Notes: a model not told the origin generated them from the sequence alone. Positions 1 through 9,414 are shown, counted from the stretch's first letter. The stretch: DNA of 40,490 bases from an uncultured Gammaproteobacteria bacterium (GCA_964535515.1 CAZHTA010000004.1:27888-68377), one strand, 5' to 3'. Numbers and translations are program-made.

Positions 1-366
1 CCTAATCATACGATATACGAAGATGAGAATTATTTAGCTTTTCTTGACATCTTCCCGCATGCCTTAGGGCATACGTTGTTAATTCCAAAAGTACATCATG
101 ATAACTTTATGGAATTAACCGAAGTAGAAGCACAACAGTTGTCGGTAGCACTTAAGAAAACCATGGAACGTATTAAAGTTGTTTTAAATCCGGGTAGTTT
201 TAATGTGGGTTGGAATGATGGTCCGATTGCTGGTCAGACAATACCACATTTACACGTGCTTATTTTCCCGCGTTACGAGGGTGATGGTGGTGGGAGTGTT
301 CATTCAATGATTAAAAATCCTAGTACTGTCCCTGTGTCAGAGGTAGCAGAAAAATTTAGTAAATAA
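1..366 (+). CDS. HIT (histidine triad) family hydrolase, 5'-partial. The reading frame is open from base 1 and translates as ...IYEDENYLAFLDIFPHALGHTLLIPKVH upstream of the listed ORF.
   Basis: HxHxHxx motif (PHLHVLIFPR) and the conserved HIT N-terminal region encoded in frame from window position 1. The gene continues beyond the window edge. Confidence 0.75.
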   Translation, partial: PNHTIYEDENYLAFLDIFPHALGHTLLIPKVHHDNFMELTEVEAQQLSVALKKTMERIKVVLNPGSFNVGWNDGPIAGQTIPHLHVLIFPRYEGDGGGSVHSMIKNPSTVPVSEVAEKFSK

Positions 367-369
367 TCT

Positions 370-1581
370 ATGAAATATATTTTAAAATTTGTTTGGGTAA
401 TTTTGTTGGCGATTTTGTTTGTTCCAATTTTGGCGAAGGCACAAAGCACAACCTCTGTTGGTCCAAGGGTAGATAAAGTTGAGTTTTCTTTGTTTCATTC
501 GGAAACGTGTCCACATTGTAAAGCCGAGATTGCTTTTATTAATTACACTTTAAAACCAAAGTATCAAGATCGAGTAGATTTTAAGATGTATGAAGTTGGT
601 ATAGAGGAAAATGTGAAGATGTTGTTTGATTATGCTAAACGTTACAACGCAAATATTAGCGGTGTACCAGTGACTTTTATTGACGGTCAGGTTATACATG
701 GTTTTAGTAGTAATGAAACTACGGGCGATGATTTAATGGATGCGATTGAAAAGGCAATTAAAGTAAGACAAAAAGAAAAAGTAGCGGCTGATACAGCGAC
801 TAACAATGTTGCTACCCCAGCAGGAGCAAAAATTACTGTTCCGGGTTTGGGAGAAATTGACCCGCACACCTTTTCTTTGCCTATTTTAACAGTGGTGATT
901 GGCTTGCTCGATGGTTTTAACCCTTGTGCGATGTGGGCGTTGTTGTTTTTGATTACTTTGTTATTGGGGATGGAGAATCGTCGGCGCATGTTGCTTTTGG
1001 GTGGTTTGTTTATCCTCGCCTCAGGTGCGGTATATTTTTTCTTCATGGCAGCTTGGCTCAATTTTATCATGTTTATTGGTACAATACTTTTGATTAGAGT
1101 TTTGATTGGAGTGGTAGCAGTAGTCATGGGAGGAAAAAATTTGTATGATTTTTGGAAAAATCGTAAGGCGGAAGGTGTGGTGTGTGAAGTGAGCGGTAAA
1201 GAAGGTACGAAAAAAACTTTTGAAAAGATAAAAGATATTGTTTATCGCCAAAGTTTGTGGTGGTCAATTGCCGGAATTTTGATTTTGGGTTTTTCTGTTA
1301 ATTTAGTTGAGCTCGCTTGTTCAGCGGGTTTTCCAGCAATTTATACACAAATACTTTCGATGTCTGGTATTCCAGTGTGGCAGAAGTATTTTTATATGTT
1401 GGGGTACATTATTTTCTACATGCTTGACGATATGATTGTGTTTGCGATTGCGATGGTAACTTTGAAACAAAAAGTATTTGGTACTAAGTATGCGAAATAT
1501 ACCAATTTAGTAGCAGGAGCTTTAATATTGATTTTAGGCTTACTTTTGATCTTTAAGCCAGAATGGATAATGTTCTCATAA
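370..1581 (+). CDS. Fusion of a thioredoxin-like domain to a CcdA/DsbD-type thiol:disulfide interchange membrane protein
   Basis: N-terminal signal/TM segment followed by a CPHC redox motif (SETCPHCKAE). The C-terminal polytopic region carries the two DsbD/CcdA cysteines in NPC and ELACSAGFP contexts. Confidence 0.7.
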   Translation: MKYILKFVWVILLAILFVPILAKAQSTTSVGPRVDKVEFSLFHSETCPHCKAEIAFINYTLKPKYQDRVDFKMYEVGIEENVKMLFDYAKRYNANISGVPVTFIDGQVIHGFSSNETTGDDLMDAIEKAIKVRQKEKVAADTATNNVATPAGAKITVPGLGEIDPHTFSLPILTVVIGLLDGFNPCAMWALLFLITLLLGMENRRRMLLLGGLFILASGAVYFFFMAAWLNFIMFIGTILLIRVLIGVVAVVMGGKNLYDFWKNRKAEGVVCEVSGKEGTKKTFEKIKDIVYRQSLWWSIAGILILGFSVNLVELACSAGFPAIYTQILSMSGIPVWQKYFYMLGYIIFYMLDDMIVFAIAMVTLKQKVFGTKYAKYTNLVAGALILILGLLLIFKPEWIMFS

Positions 1582-1584
1582 TTT

Positions 1585-2145
1585 ATGCCAAAACGTTTAA
1601 AAAAACTTTCGGAAGAAACATTGGCGAGCAATCCTTATTGGGATTATAAGCATGATGTGTACGAATTACCTAATGGGGCATCGGGTGATTTCTATTACGG
1701 TGAAAACAACGGTAGCGCAATGATTGTCCCCATTTTGGATGATGGACGATTGGTATTGGTAATGCAACAGCGATATTTACGTGAGAAGCCAAGTGTCGAA
1801 TTTCCGTGCGGTGGATTGGAAAAAGGCGAGTCTCCGCAAGAGGGGGCGGCGCGTGAGTTGTTGGAAGAAACGGGTTTTCAATCGAGTAATTTTGTTAAAT
1901 CTGGAGCTTTTGATGCTTTGAATGGTATATTTAAAGATACAACTCATGCATTCGTGGCGGATGAATTAACTCAGCAGTCAGCCCAAAAGCAGGATGCTAC
2001 GGAAGATCTGGAGGTTATTTATCGTCGGGTGGAAGAATTAGAAGAAATGATTCGTCGGGGTGAAATTTGGGACGGACAAACTTTGGCAGTGTGGGCATTA
2101 AGTCGTGAGCAGGTATTAAAAAAGATTTATGAACGACAAGGTTAG
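1585..2145 (+). CDS. NUDIX hydrolase
   Basis: Nudix box GGLEKGESPQEGAARELLEETG (GX5EX7REUXEEXGU). Confidence 0.8.
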   Translation: MPKRLKKLSEETLASNPYWDYKHDVYELPNGASGDFYYGENNGSAMIVPILDDGRLVLVMQQRYLREKPSVEFPCGGLEKGESPQEGAARELLEETGFQSSNFVKSGAFDALNGIFKDTTHAFVADELTQQSAQKQDATEDLEVIYRRVEELEEMIRRGEIWDGQTLAVWALSREQVLKKIYERQG

Positions 2146-2947
2146 GATTGCTTGGTGGGGTAAGCATTTTGGTGAAGAGCCGCCCTTGGTTGGAAATGAA
2201 AACCAGGGTGCGGGTGGAATATTTTTTTCTGGGTGTCATTTGCATTGTGTTTTTTGTCAAAACCACCAAATTTCTCAGGAAAATTTTGGTTGTGATTATA
2301 CGATAGGGGAATTGGTTGAAATAATGCTGAAGTTACAAGATCAGGGTGCAGTGAATATTGACCTGGTAACGCCGACAATTTGGTGGCGACAAATCAAACA
2401 GGCAATTGTGTTAGCGAAGGAAAAAGGTTTGGTAATTCCAATTGTTTGGAATTCTAATGGTTATGAGGCAGTAAATATTTTGAAAGAAATTAAGGGGTTG
2501 GTTGATATCTATTTACCAGATTTTAAATATGGTGATAATGAGTTGGCGTGGAAATATTCAGGTGTAAAAAAATATTTAGAAGTAACAGTCAGTGCGATTA
2601 AAGAAATGTATGATCAGGTGGGGTTATTTAAAGAAGTTGATGGTATTGGAAAAAGTGGTTTAATCGTTCGTCACTTGGTACTACCAGGGGCAACAGACAA
2701 CAGCTATGTGGTGTTGGGGGAGTTAAGTAAGGTAGACAAACAAATACATATTGCCTTAATGAATCAATATACCCCGTTATATGGCGGTAAAGATCTTCCT
2801 GGGTTAAATCGGGCAGTGACTAGTGAAGAATTTAATTTAGTTTATGATCGATTGTTGGAATTAGGGTTTTCTAATGGTTGGGCACAGGACGAAGGCAGTC
2901 AGGGTGTGTTGGTACCAGATTTTAATAAAATAAATCCGTTTATTTGA
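2129..2947 (+). CDS. Radical SAM protein, PflX-like (COG1313-type)
   Basis: CX3CX2C cluster motif in GCHLHCVFCQN and an upstream HFGEEPPL motif typical of this family. The ATG overlaps the 3' end of the NUDIX gene by 17 nt. Confidence 0.6.
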   Translation: MNDKVRIAWWGKHFGEEPPLVGNENQGAGGIFFSGCHLHCVFCQNHQISQENFGCDYTIGELVEIMLKLQDQGAVNIDLVTPTIWWRQIKQAIVLAKEKGLVIPIVWNSNGYEAVNILKEIKGLVDIYLPDFKYGDNELAWKYSGVKKYLEVTVSAIKEMYDQVGLFKEVDGIGKSGLIVRHLVLPGATDNSYVVLGELSKVDKQIHIALMNQYTPLYGGKDLPGLNRAVTSEEFNLVYDRLLELGFSNGWAQDEGSQGVLVPDFNKINPFI

Positions 2948-2955
2948 TTGTTTGT

Positions 2956-3798
2956 ATGTTTAATACGTCAATGGTAATTAGTTTCTTGATTCCGTTGTTG
3001 CTGACATCTTTTATTGTTTACAAAATGATGCGACGGGAAGATCTTAAAAAAAATGATGAGAGCGAGATAGTGATTACGGAATATGATATTCCTAAAAAAT
3101 TAACTCCAGCGGAAGCGGGGGCAATTTTTGATTTTAAAGTTTCTGGCCGTGATATTACTGCTGAACTTATCCATTTAGCAATTAAAGGATATATTTCGAT
3201 TAGCAAAGTTAAGAATAGTGGTACCGAAGACTTTGTGTTAACTCTTTTGAAAGATCCTGAGTCGGGTGTTATTTCTTTTGAACGTGATCTTTTGAAACAT
3301 CTTTTTTTACCTTTAAAACAAGTTAATCTTTCGAGTTTCAAATACAATTTCTTTGCTGAAGCTAATGATATTAATTACAAAGTATGGGATAGTGTGGTTC
3401 AGAAAGGTTATGCCTATGCTCGTCCAATTGACTATTTTATTAAATATGGTGGTGCGGGGGCGCTAATGGGAGCGCTTGGTGTAATATTGTTGTTTAATGA
3501 TTATTTGTTTTTAGCGGGTGTATATATATTTTGTTCTTTAGTTGTTTTATCAGTTGTGGAATTTTTACAACCTTTAACTTCCAAGGGCTTGCAGATGAAG
3601 AAGTATTTAAAAGGTTTAAAGAAGTATTTGGAAGTTGCGGAAAGGCAGCGTCTGTTATTTTTTTCTAGTCCAAATTTAGAAAATTTTGAATTTGATCCTT
3701 TGGTTCCGTATGCGATTGTTTTGGGTGTTGTCCCGGAATGGGCCAGAGCGTTTGGTGAACTTTATCAGGTTGACGAGAAGAGAACAAAGCGACATTAG
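2956..3798 (+). CDS. DUF2207/YciQ-like membrane protein
   Basis: N-terminal TM, an LTPAEAGAIFD...RDITAELIHLAIKGYI region resembling DUF2207, and a C-terminal TM pair. The listed ORF starts at a TTG (2944); the first ATG is at 2956. Confidence 0.45.
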   Translation: MFNTSMVISFLIPLLLTSFIVYKMMRREDLKKNDESEIVITEYDIPKKLTPAEAGAIFDFKVSGRDITAELIHLAIKGYISISKVKNSGTEDFVLTLLKDPESGVISFERDLLKHLFLPLKQVNLSSFKYNFFAEANDINYKVWDSVVQKGYAYARPIDYFIKYGGAGALMGALGVILLFNDYLFLAGVYIFCSLVVLSVVEFLQPLTSKGLQMKKYLKGLKKYLEVAERQRLLFFSSPNLENFEFDPLVPYAIVLGVVPEWARAFGELYQVDEKRTKRH

Positions 3799-3823
3799 TT
3801 GGTAAATACTTTTATATATCTGT

Positions 3824-4384
3824 ATGTTTAATGAAAGTGAGGCTAAATATATTTTAGACTTGGCACGTCGCTCCATTGAGTTTTATTTTAAAAATCAAGA
3901 ATTGTTGGTAGTTAATGAGACGGAAGTACCGGTGGGTAGGTTAAAAGAAAAGTTAGCTTGTTTCGTTACTTTGACAATTGGAGGAGAGTTGCGTGGTTGT
4001 ATTGGTCGCACGGAAGCAACTCAATTTTTATATTTAGATGTTATTGAAAATGCGGCGTTAGCCGCGTTTAATGATCCACGTTTTGCGCCATTGTCTGAGG
4101 AGGAATTAGAAAAGGTTAAGATCGAAGTATCAGTTTTGTCAGTAGCGCAACCGGTAGATTTTACTAACACAGAGGAATTATTAAAAAAGTTACGTCCGGG
4201 CATTGATGGTGTTGTTATTAAACGTGGCAGCCAATGGGCGACATATTTGCCACAAGTTTGGGAGGAGTTACCTGTTAAAGAAAAGTTTTTGAATTCTCTT
4301 TGTGAGAAAGCCGGTCTTCCTTTAGATGATTGGCAAAAAGCGGGTATTGAAGTGTTGGTATATCAAGTTGAGGTGATTGAATAG
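3824..4384 (+). CDS. AMMECR1 domain protein
   Basis: Length about 186 aa and the conserved RGCIGR motif region of AMMECR1. Confidence 0.65.
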   Translation: MFNESEAKYILDLARRSIEFYFKNQELLVVNETEVPVGRLKEKLACFVTLTIGGELRGCIGRTEATQFLYLDVIENAALAAFNDPRFAPLSEEELEKVKIEVSVLSVAQPVDFTNTEELLKKLRPGIDGVVIKRGSQWATYLPQVWEELPVKEKFLNSLCEKAGLPLDDWQKAGIEVLVYQVEVIE

Positions 4385-4392
4385 TAAAAATA

Positions 4393-4401
4393 TGGTATAA
4401 T
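4393..4401 (+). promoter_or_regulatory. Extended -10 element TGgTATAAT located 7 nt upstream of the ATG at 4408. It is a candidate promoter for a leaderless transcript.
   Basis: Sequence tggtataat at 4393-4401, no SD, and an ATG immediately downstream. Confidence 0.3.
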
Positions 4402-4407
4402 GTTTTT

Positions 4408-6441
4408 ATGGAAGAAAATATCTTGGAAAATCAAGCCGCACCAGCGGTGATACCAACCGACGCCGATATAAACTATTTCGGGTTGGTTAACTATCGTAAT
4501 CAAAATCGTAAGTTTGGTATTAAGACTGATGATCGCCGTCGACATATGTATGTTGTCGGTAAAACCGGTATGGGGAAAACGACGATTTTGGAGAATATGG
4601 TGTTAAATGACATCTACGCCGGACACGGGGTTGGTTTGGTTGATCCGCACGGTGATTTTGCTGAAAAGATTATTGACTATATCCCAGCTAATCGTATCAA
4701 CGATGTCGTATATTTCAATCCCGCGGATATTGATTTCCCGATTGGTTTTAATATTTTAGAAACTGTAAAGGCGGAGCACAAACATTTGGTGGCTTCTGGT
4801 TTGATGGGGGTATTTAAAAAGATCTGGCCAGATGTGTGGAGTTCACGTATGGAATATATCTTGAACAACACCCTTTTGGCATTGTTAGATTATCCTGGTA
4901 CAACTTTGCTTGGTATTAATCGTTTATTAGCCGATGCTGACTATCGTAAGCGCGTCGTGCATAATTTGAAAGATCCAGTAGTAAAAGCTTTTTGGCAAAA
5001 TGAGTTTGCGGCTTACAATGATAAATATCGCCAAGAAGCGGTAGCGCCAATTCAAAACAAAATTGGTCAGTTTTTGTCTGCTTCGGTCATCCGTAATATC
5101 GTCGCTCAAGTAAAATCACGAATTAACATTCGTGAGATTATGGATAGTAAAAAGATTTTTATCATGAACTTGTCTAAAGGAAGAATTGGTGAGGATAACT
5201 CGCGTCTTTTGGGTGGTATGCTTATCACCAAGATTCAGTTGGCAGCCATGGAACGCGTAGACACTCCAGAGAAGGATCGTAAGGATTTCTTTTTGTACGT
5301 TGATGAGTTTCAGAACTTTGCTACTGAGAGTTTTGCCAACATTTTGTCAGAAGCACGTAAATATCGCTTGGATTTGACCATGGCTCATCAGTATATGGAG
5401 CAACTAGAAGAGGAAGTCTTGGCGGCTGTTATCGGTAACGTAGGGAGTATTATCACTTTTCGGGTTGGTTCTACTGATGCAGAGATTTTGGCTAAGGAGT
5501 TTATTCCAACTTTTATTGAAGAAGACTTGATTAATTTACCAAAGTTTCATATTTACCTTAAACTAATGATCGACGGCATTGCTTCGCGACCATTTTCAGC
5601 TTTGACTTTGCCACCGATTGCTCAGACTACCCATAGTGAAGAAAAAGTAATTAAGGTTTCGCGTGAACGTTATGCTGTACCACGTGAAAATATTGAAGAC
5701 AAGATCGCGCGTTGGAGTGGCATGGTGATTATTCCAGAAGATGAAGCGAGCGAATTAGAAGTAGACGAAGAAGAGGAAATGTTTGAGAAACAGGTAAAGA
5801 AAGAAGAAAAGAAAGTGGTGGAAAAGCCAAAAGAAGAAGTGAGATCTGAGTCTAAGCCTGAACCAGCTGTTGTGGTGGAGGATACCGTAAAGCCAGAAGT
5901 TGTACAGGATTTACCAAAGACAGAACCAGCGCGGAATGTTTCAGAACCAATCGTGCAACCGCAGCCAGTTGTTAGACCGGTACAGTCTAGTTCGGCACCT
6001 CAAGTGAATCGGACATCCAATAATATTTCAGGGGGCAATCGAAATGGTGGTCAGGGTAGTAGCCAGAATTTTCAGTCTTCTGGTAAAAAGAAAAAAAAGA
6101 AACACCATAGTAGTCCAGGTGGTGGCACCGCGGTTTCTTTGGTGGATACAAGTCAAAAAGGTATTTCTCTAAATAGTTTAAGTCAAGAAAGAAACGGGGG
6201 AGGACAACAACGTGATCAGCAACGTTCGCAACAGCAGAGCGTGCAGTCTCCGGTAAAGGCACAAGAAGAAAGGAGAGAGGTTCCTCAAGTTCCAGTTGTT
6301 CAAAAACCACTTGGACCAGAGACGATCGGCTTGTTGCCAAAGGAGCAACATCAGAATCCGCCGGTTGGAGTTAAATCTCAATCACCCCATCAGCCAGTAA
6401 CGATTTTGCCTGGTCAGGTTAACAAGGTAGAAGAGAATTAA
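4408..6441 (+). CDS. VirD4/TraG/TraD-like P-loop ATPase (type IV coupling-protein family) with a C-terminal tail of about 240 aa that is low-complexity and rich in E/K/P/Q/S
   Basis: Walker A GKTGMGKTT and Walker B FFLYVDEFQNF. An AHQYMEQL...FRVG region resembles the TraG/TraD C-terminal motif. The tail contains KKKKKKHH, encoded by an A8 run at 6091-6098. Confidence 0.55.
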   Translation: MEENILENQAAPAVIPTDADINYFGLVNYRNQNRKFGIKTDDRRRHMYVVGKTGMGKTTILENMVLNDIYAGHGVGLVDPHGDFAEKIIDYIPANRINDVVYFNPADIDFPIGFNILETVKAEHKHLVASGLMGVFKKIWPDVWSSRMEYILNNTLLALLDYPGTTLLGINRLLADADYRKRVVHNLKDPVVKAFWQNEFAAYNDKYRQEAVAPIQNKIGQFLSASVIRNIVAQVKSRINIREIMDSKKIFIMNLSKGRIGEDNSRLLGGMLITKIQLAAMERVDTPEKDRKDFFLYVDEFQNFATESFANILSEARKYRLDLTMAHQYMEQLEEEVLAAVIGNVGSIITFRVGSTDAEILAKEFIPTFIEEDLINLPKFHIYLKLMIDGIASRPFSALTLPPIAQTTHSEEKVIKVSRERYAVPRENIEDKIARWSGMVIIPEDEASELEVDEEEEMFEKQVKKEEKKVVEKPKEEVRSESKPEPAVVVEDTVKPEVVQDLPKTEPARNVSEPIVQPQPVVRPVQSSSAPQVNRTSNNISGGNRNGGQGSSQNFQSSGKKKKKKHHSSPGGGTAVSLVDTSQKGISLNSLSQERNGGGQQRDQQRSQQQSVQSPVKAQEERREVPQVPVVQKPLGPETIGLLPKEQHQNPPVGVKSQSPHQPVTILPGQVNKVEEN

Positions 6442-6452
6442 TATTTAAATTA

Positions 6453-6481
6453 CCCGCCCACAATTTAGGGGGCGGGTTTTT
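6453..6481 (+). terminator. Rho-independent terminator
   Basis: Stem cccgccc (6453-6459) pairs with gggcggg (6470-6476), followed by a T-tract. Confidence 0.6.
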
Positions 6482-6509
6482 GACTTTTTTGGCTAAAATT
6501 TGGTAAGAT
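6480..6509 (+). promoter_or_regulatory. Candidate sigma70-type promoter of the swivel-paralog operon: TTGACT, 18-nt spacer, then TGgTAAGAT (extended -10)
   Basis: ttgact at 6480-6485, tgg at 6501-6503 and taagat at 6504-6509. The ATG at 6519 lies only about 10 nt past the -10, so the mRNA would be near-leaderless. Confidence 0.35.
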
Positions 6510-6518
6510 ATACCCTAT

Positions 6519-7973
6519 ATGAAACAAGACTATATCCTCAAACAGCGCAAAAAGAACATGTATATTTTCCCTAATGTTTTTGTGATTGGGCGGGTTTTTA
6601 CGGGCAGTTTGAACAAAATATTGAATGGTAAGAATTTTGGAGAAACAATGTGTATTTACAAGGACGATATGATGTATTGGTATGCTTCGGATAGTATGGT
6701 AAAAGCGGCGGCGCAAGAATTTTTTAAGAAATTAAAAAAGAATTCAAATTTTGTTTCTTCGTCTATTCGTATTTTTTCTAAACGTAGTAATTTTTTTCTG
6801 TCTTGGGTAAAAAAAGTTAGTAAGAGGGATTTATCAAAAATGACCAACAAGGAGCTGGATGTTTTTTGGGATAAGTATTTAGAGCTCTATGAGTCTAGCT
6901 ATATCTATAGTGAAGCATTGGTAATTTGTTTTGAAGAATACCTTTCTGGTCTTTTGTCTTCGTATTTAAAGAAATTAGTAAAAAGTGATACTGAAGCATC
7001 TCGGGTTCAAAATGTTCTTGCTTCGCCTTTGGAAAAATCATTTGTGAAAAGAGAAGAAGATGATTTGTTGAATTTGGCGTTAAAGATTAAAAACGGCAAG
7101 GTGAAGGATGTAGAATTGGCGTTAGAAAAACACGTGGAGAAGTATCAATGGGTGCCGTTTGATTATGGTATGTATATTTGGGATAAAAAATATTTTAAAA
7201 AGATTTTGCAAGGGATGTTAAAAAATGCAGATTTAGAGAATCGGATTGTGGCTAGTAAGAAATATTTGAAGTATTTGTCTTTGGAACAGTTGCGTTTAGA
7301 AAAGGAATTAAAGATTGACAAGCAATACAAAAAATATTTTATGGCGATGCGCCAGACGGGGTATTTGTTAGATTACAAAAAGGAAATTTTTACCCAGATA
7401 CATTTTTATGCAGAGAAGGTATTGGCGGAGACAGGTAAACGTTTGGGTGTAAAAAGAGATCTGGTGCAATATTATTTGCCAGGAGAAATCAAGACTGCCT
7501 TAAAGGAAGGTAAAGTGGTTGGCAAGAAAATATTAGAAGCGAGACAAAAACATTGTTATGTTCGTTGGTTTGATAATAGTATCGAAGCAGTGATAGACAA
7601 GCCGGATAGTTTGTTGGCTAAATTTTTATTAAAAGAAGATCCGACTTCAGCTAAATTTGAGGGTATTATTGCTTCGGCGGGAAAATGTATTGGAAAGGTA
7701 AAGATTTTACATAGTGCGTTAGAAGTAGACAAGGTGAAATTGGGTGATATTTTAGTTGCACCAATGACTAGTCCAGATTATGTTCCGGCGATGCGTTTGG
7801 CTGGGGCAATTATTACTGATGAGGGCGGGGTGATGTGTCACGCGGCGATTGTGTCGCGTGAATTAGGTATCCCGTGTGTGGTTGGTACGAAAAATGCCAC
7901 AAAGTTTTTACATGACGGTGACGAAGTGGAAGTGGATGCTAATCATAATTCGGTGAGGATAATTCGCAGATAG
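6519..7973 (+). CDS. Swivel paralog A: divergent N-terminal module followed by a C-terminal PEP-utilizing-enzyme mobile (phosphohistidine) domain
   Basis: C-terminus DEGGVMCHAAIVSRELGIPCVVGT matches the PEP-utilizers His signature. The N-terminal half contains the family motif HVEKYQW. Confidence 0.7.
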   Translation: MKQDYILKQRKKNMYIFPNVFVIGRVFTGSLNKILNGKNFGETMCIYKDDMMYWYASDSMVKAAAQEFFKKLKKNSNFVSSSIRIFSKRSNFFLSWVKKVSKRDLSKMTNKELDVFWDKYLELYESSYIYSEALVICFEEYLSGLLSSYLKKLVKSDTEASRVQNVLASPLEKSFVKREEDDLLNLALKIKNGKVKDVELALEKHVEKYQWVPFDYGMYIWDKKYFKKILQGMLKNADLENRIVASKKYLKYLSLEQLRLEKELKIDKQYKKYFMAMRQTGYLLDYKKEIFTQIHFYAEKVLAETGKRLGVKRDLVQYYLPGEIKTALKEGKVVGKKILEARQKHCYVRWFDNSIEAVIDKPDSLLAKFLLKEDPTSAKFEGIIASAGKCIGKVKILHSALEVDKVKLGDILVAPMTSPDYVPAMRLAGAIITDEGGVMCHAAIVSRELGIPCVVGTKNATKFLHDGDEVEVDANHNSVRIIRR

Positions 7974-7974
7974 C

Positions 7975-9411
7975 ATGTTAAATAGCAGCGATTCAAAACA
8001 TATTCGTGAAACTAATTGGTATCGCCAAGGTGGGGCGATTAATTTGTTTTATTGTTTTAGTCCGTTTCAATCTATTCGCGAAACCATTGGTTATGATGGT
8101 TGTATTATGTATCAAGAGGATGCTGTTAATACTGCTTTTTTTGAACGAGACAGAGAGGATAAGTTAGCACTTAAATTTATCCGAGCAAGCGGGGAAGACA
8201 AATATTTGGTGGACAGATGGATAAGCGTTTGGCGTATACGCATATTAAAGTTAAATAAGTTTTTAGATAAAAGTTTTTCTAAACCATTGGAAACGTGGTC
8301 TGATGCGGAGTTGGTTAATTTTTTCCATCGTTATGATCATTTGGCTTTAAGTCATTGGAAGAAGGGTGTTTTGTGTGAATGGACTGACCCTAATGGCTGG
8401 AATATAGTAAAGACGGAGGCTTTAAAATATTGCCCTAATCTTAGTGATGAAGATATTAATCTGTTAACATCACCAGAAAAGTTAACTGTAGTGCAGAAAG
8501 AATTAGTTGATCGGTTGGTTTTAATGAAAAAACAAAAGCAGGGTTTAAGTATTGAGCGCGAGCTTAAGAAACATGTTAGTAAATATTTTTGGATTCGCAA
8601 TAATTGGGCGTTTGTTTATGATTTAAAAGAAAAAGATTTTCAAAAGGTTATTAACAAAGAAATGTTAAAGTTGGAGAAAGTTGAAAGACAAGTGAAAGAA
8701 ATTAATGAATATATACGTGAGATTAAGAAAAAGAAAAAGATTTTAATCAAGAAAAAATCAGTACCACGTAAAGTACAAAATGTTTTTTACTTTTTTACTC
8801 AATTAACCGATTGGCGCGATGAGAGGAAAAAATTTGCTGCTTGTTTGCCAAATCATTATTTATATAAAATATTGAAAGTATTGGCGAAGAGAAATAATAT
8901 TTCTGAGGAGTTGGTTGGTTTATTAATATGGTTTGAAATTAGTGGTTGGAAATTATCTGTAAAAACAATAGATAATTTAAAAAGACGAGGGCAGGGCTGG
9001 ATCTATTATTGTCGTAAAAATAAACAATGCCAACAAGTTTATGGTAGTGAGGCAAAAAAGATTTTTAATGATTTGGTTAAGGCGTTAGATAAAGGTGAAT
9101 TGCGAGGGTTAATAGCAAACAAGGGTGTTGTGATTGGTAAAGCGAAGATTGTGGAAGTACAAGCTGATTTTAGTAAAGTAAAAAAAGGGGATATTATTGT
9201 TGCTAACATGACGCGCCCAGATTATGTACCGATTATGAAATTGGCAGGTGGAATAATTACCAATGAGGGAGGGATTACTTGTCACGCGGCAATTGTTAGT
9301 CGTGAGTTAAATATTCCTTGTATAATTGGGACACAGGTGGCTACGGATGTTTTAAAAGACGGTGATGTTATAGAAGTTGATGCGGATAATGGTGTAATTA
9401 GAAAAAAATAA
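7975..9411 (+). CDS. Swivel paralog B: N-terminal module plus PEP-utilizer phosphohistidine domain
   Basis: NEGGITCHAAIVSRELNIPCIIGT and KHVSKYFW. Starts 1 nt after paralog A. Confidence 0.7.
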   Translation: MLNSSDSKHIRETNWYRQGGAINLFYCFSPFQSIRETIGYDGCIMYQEDAVNTAFFERDREDKLALKFIRASGEDKYLVDRWISVWRIRILKLNKFLDKSFSKPLETWSDAELVNFFHRYDHLALSHWKKGVLCEWTDPNGWNIVKTEALKYCPNLSDEDINLLTSPEKLTVVQKELVDRLVLMKKQKQGLSIERELKKHVSKYFWIRNNWAFVYDLKEKDFQKVINKEMLKLEKVERQVKEINEYIREIKKKKKILIKKKSVPRKVQNVFYFFTQLTDWRDERKKFAACLPNHYLYKILKVLAKRNNISEELVGLLIWFEISGWKLSVKTIDNLKRRGQGWIYYCRKNKQCQQVYGSEAKKIFNDLVKALDKGELRGLIANKGVVIGKAKIVEVQADFSKVKKGDIIVANMTRPDYVPIMKLAGGIITNEGGITCHAAIVSRELNIPCIIGTQVATDVLKDGDVIEVDADNGVIRKK

Positions 9412-9414
9412 TTT

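Noticed and set aside
687-1251. Antisense ORFs of 146 aa and 76 aa inside the Trx-CcdA gene. Similar antisense or embedded ORFs occur in almost every large gene, for example 3018-3347, 5987-6381, 8352-8600, 12685-13008, 16449-16760, 22337-22660, 27251-27610 and 39070-39282.
   Set aside because: They overlap well-supported genes on the other strand or frame. They are low-complexity, have no motifs and no upstream signals, and are typical spurious ORFs in AT-rich DNA.
2129-4384. Calling the radical SAM plus AMMECR1 pair an AmmeMemoRadiSam system
   Set aside because: No Memo gene is present, the intervening gene is a membrane protein, and the radical SAM motifs look PflX-like. It is kept only as a low-interest observation.
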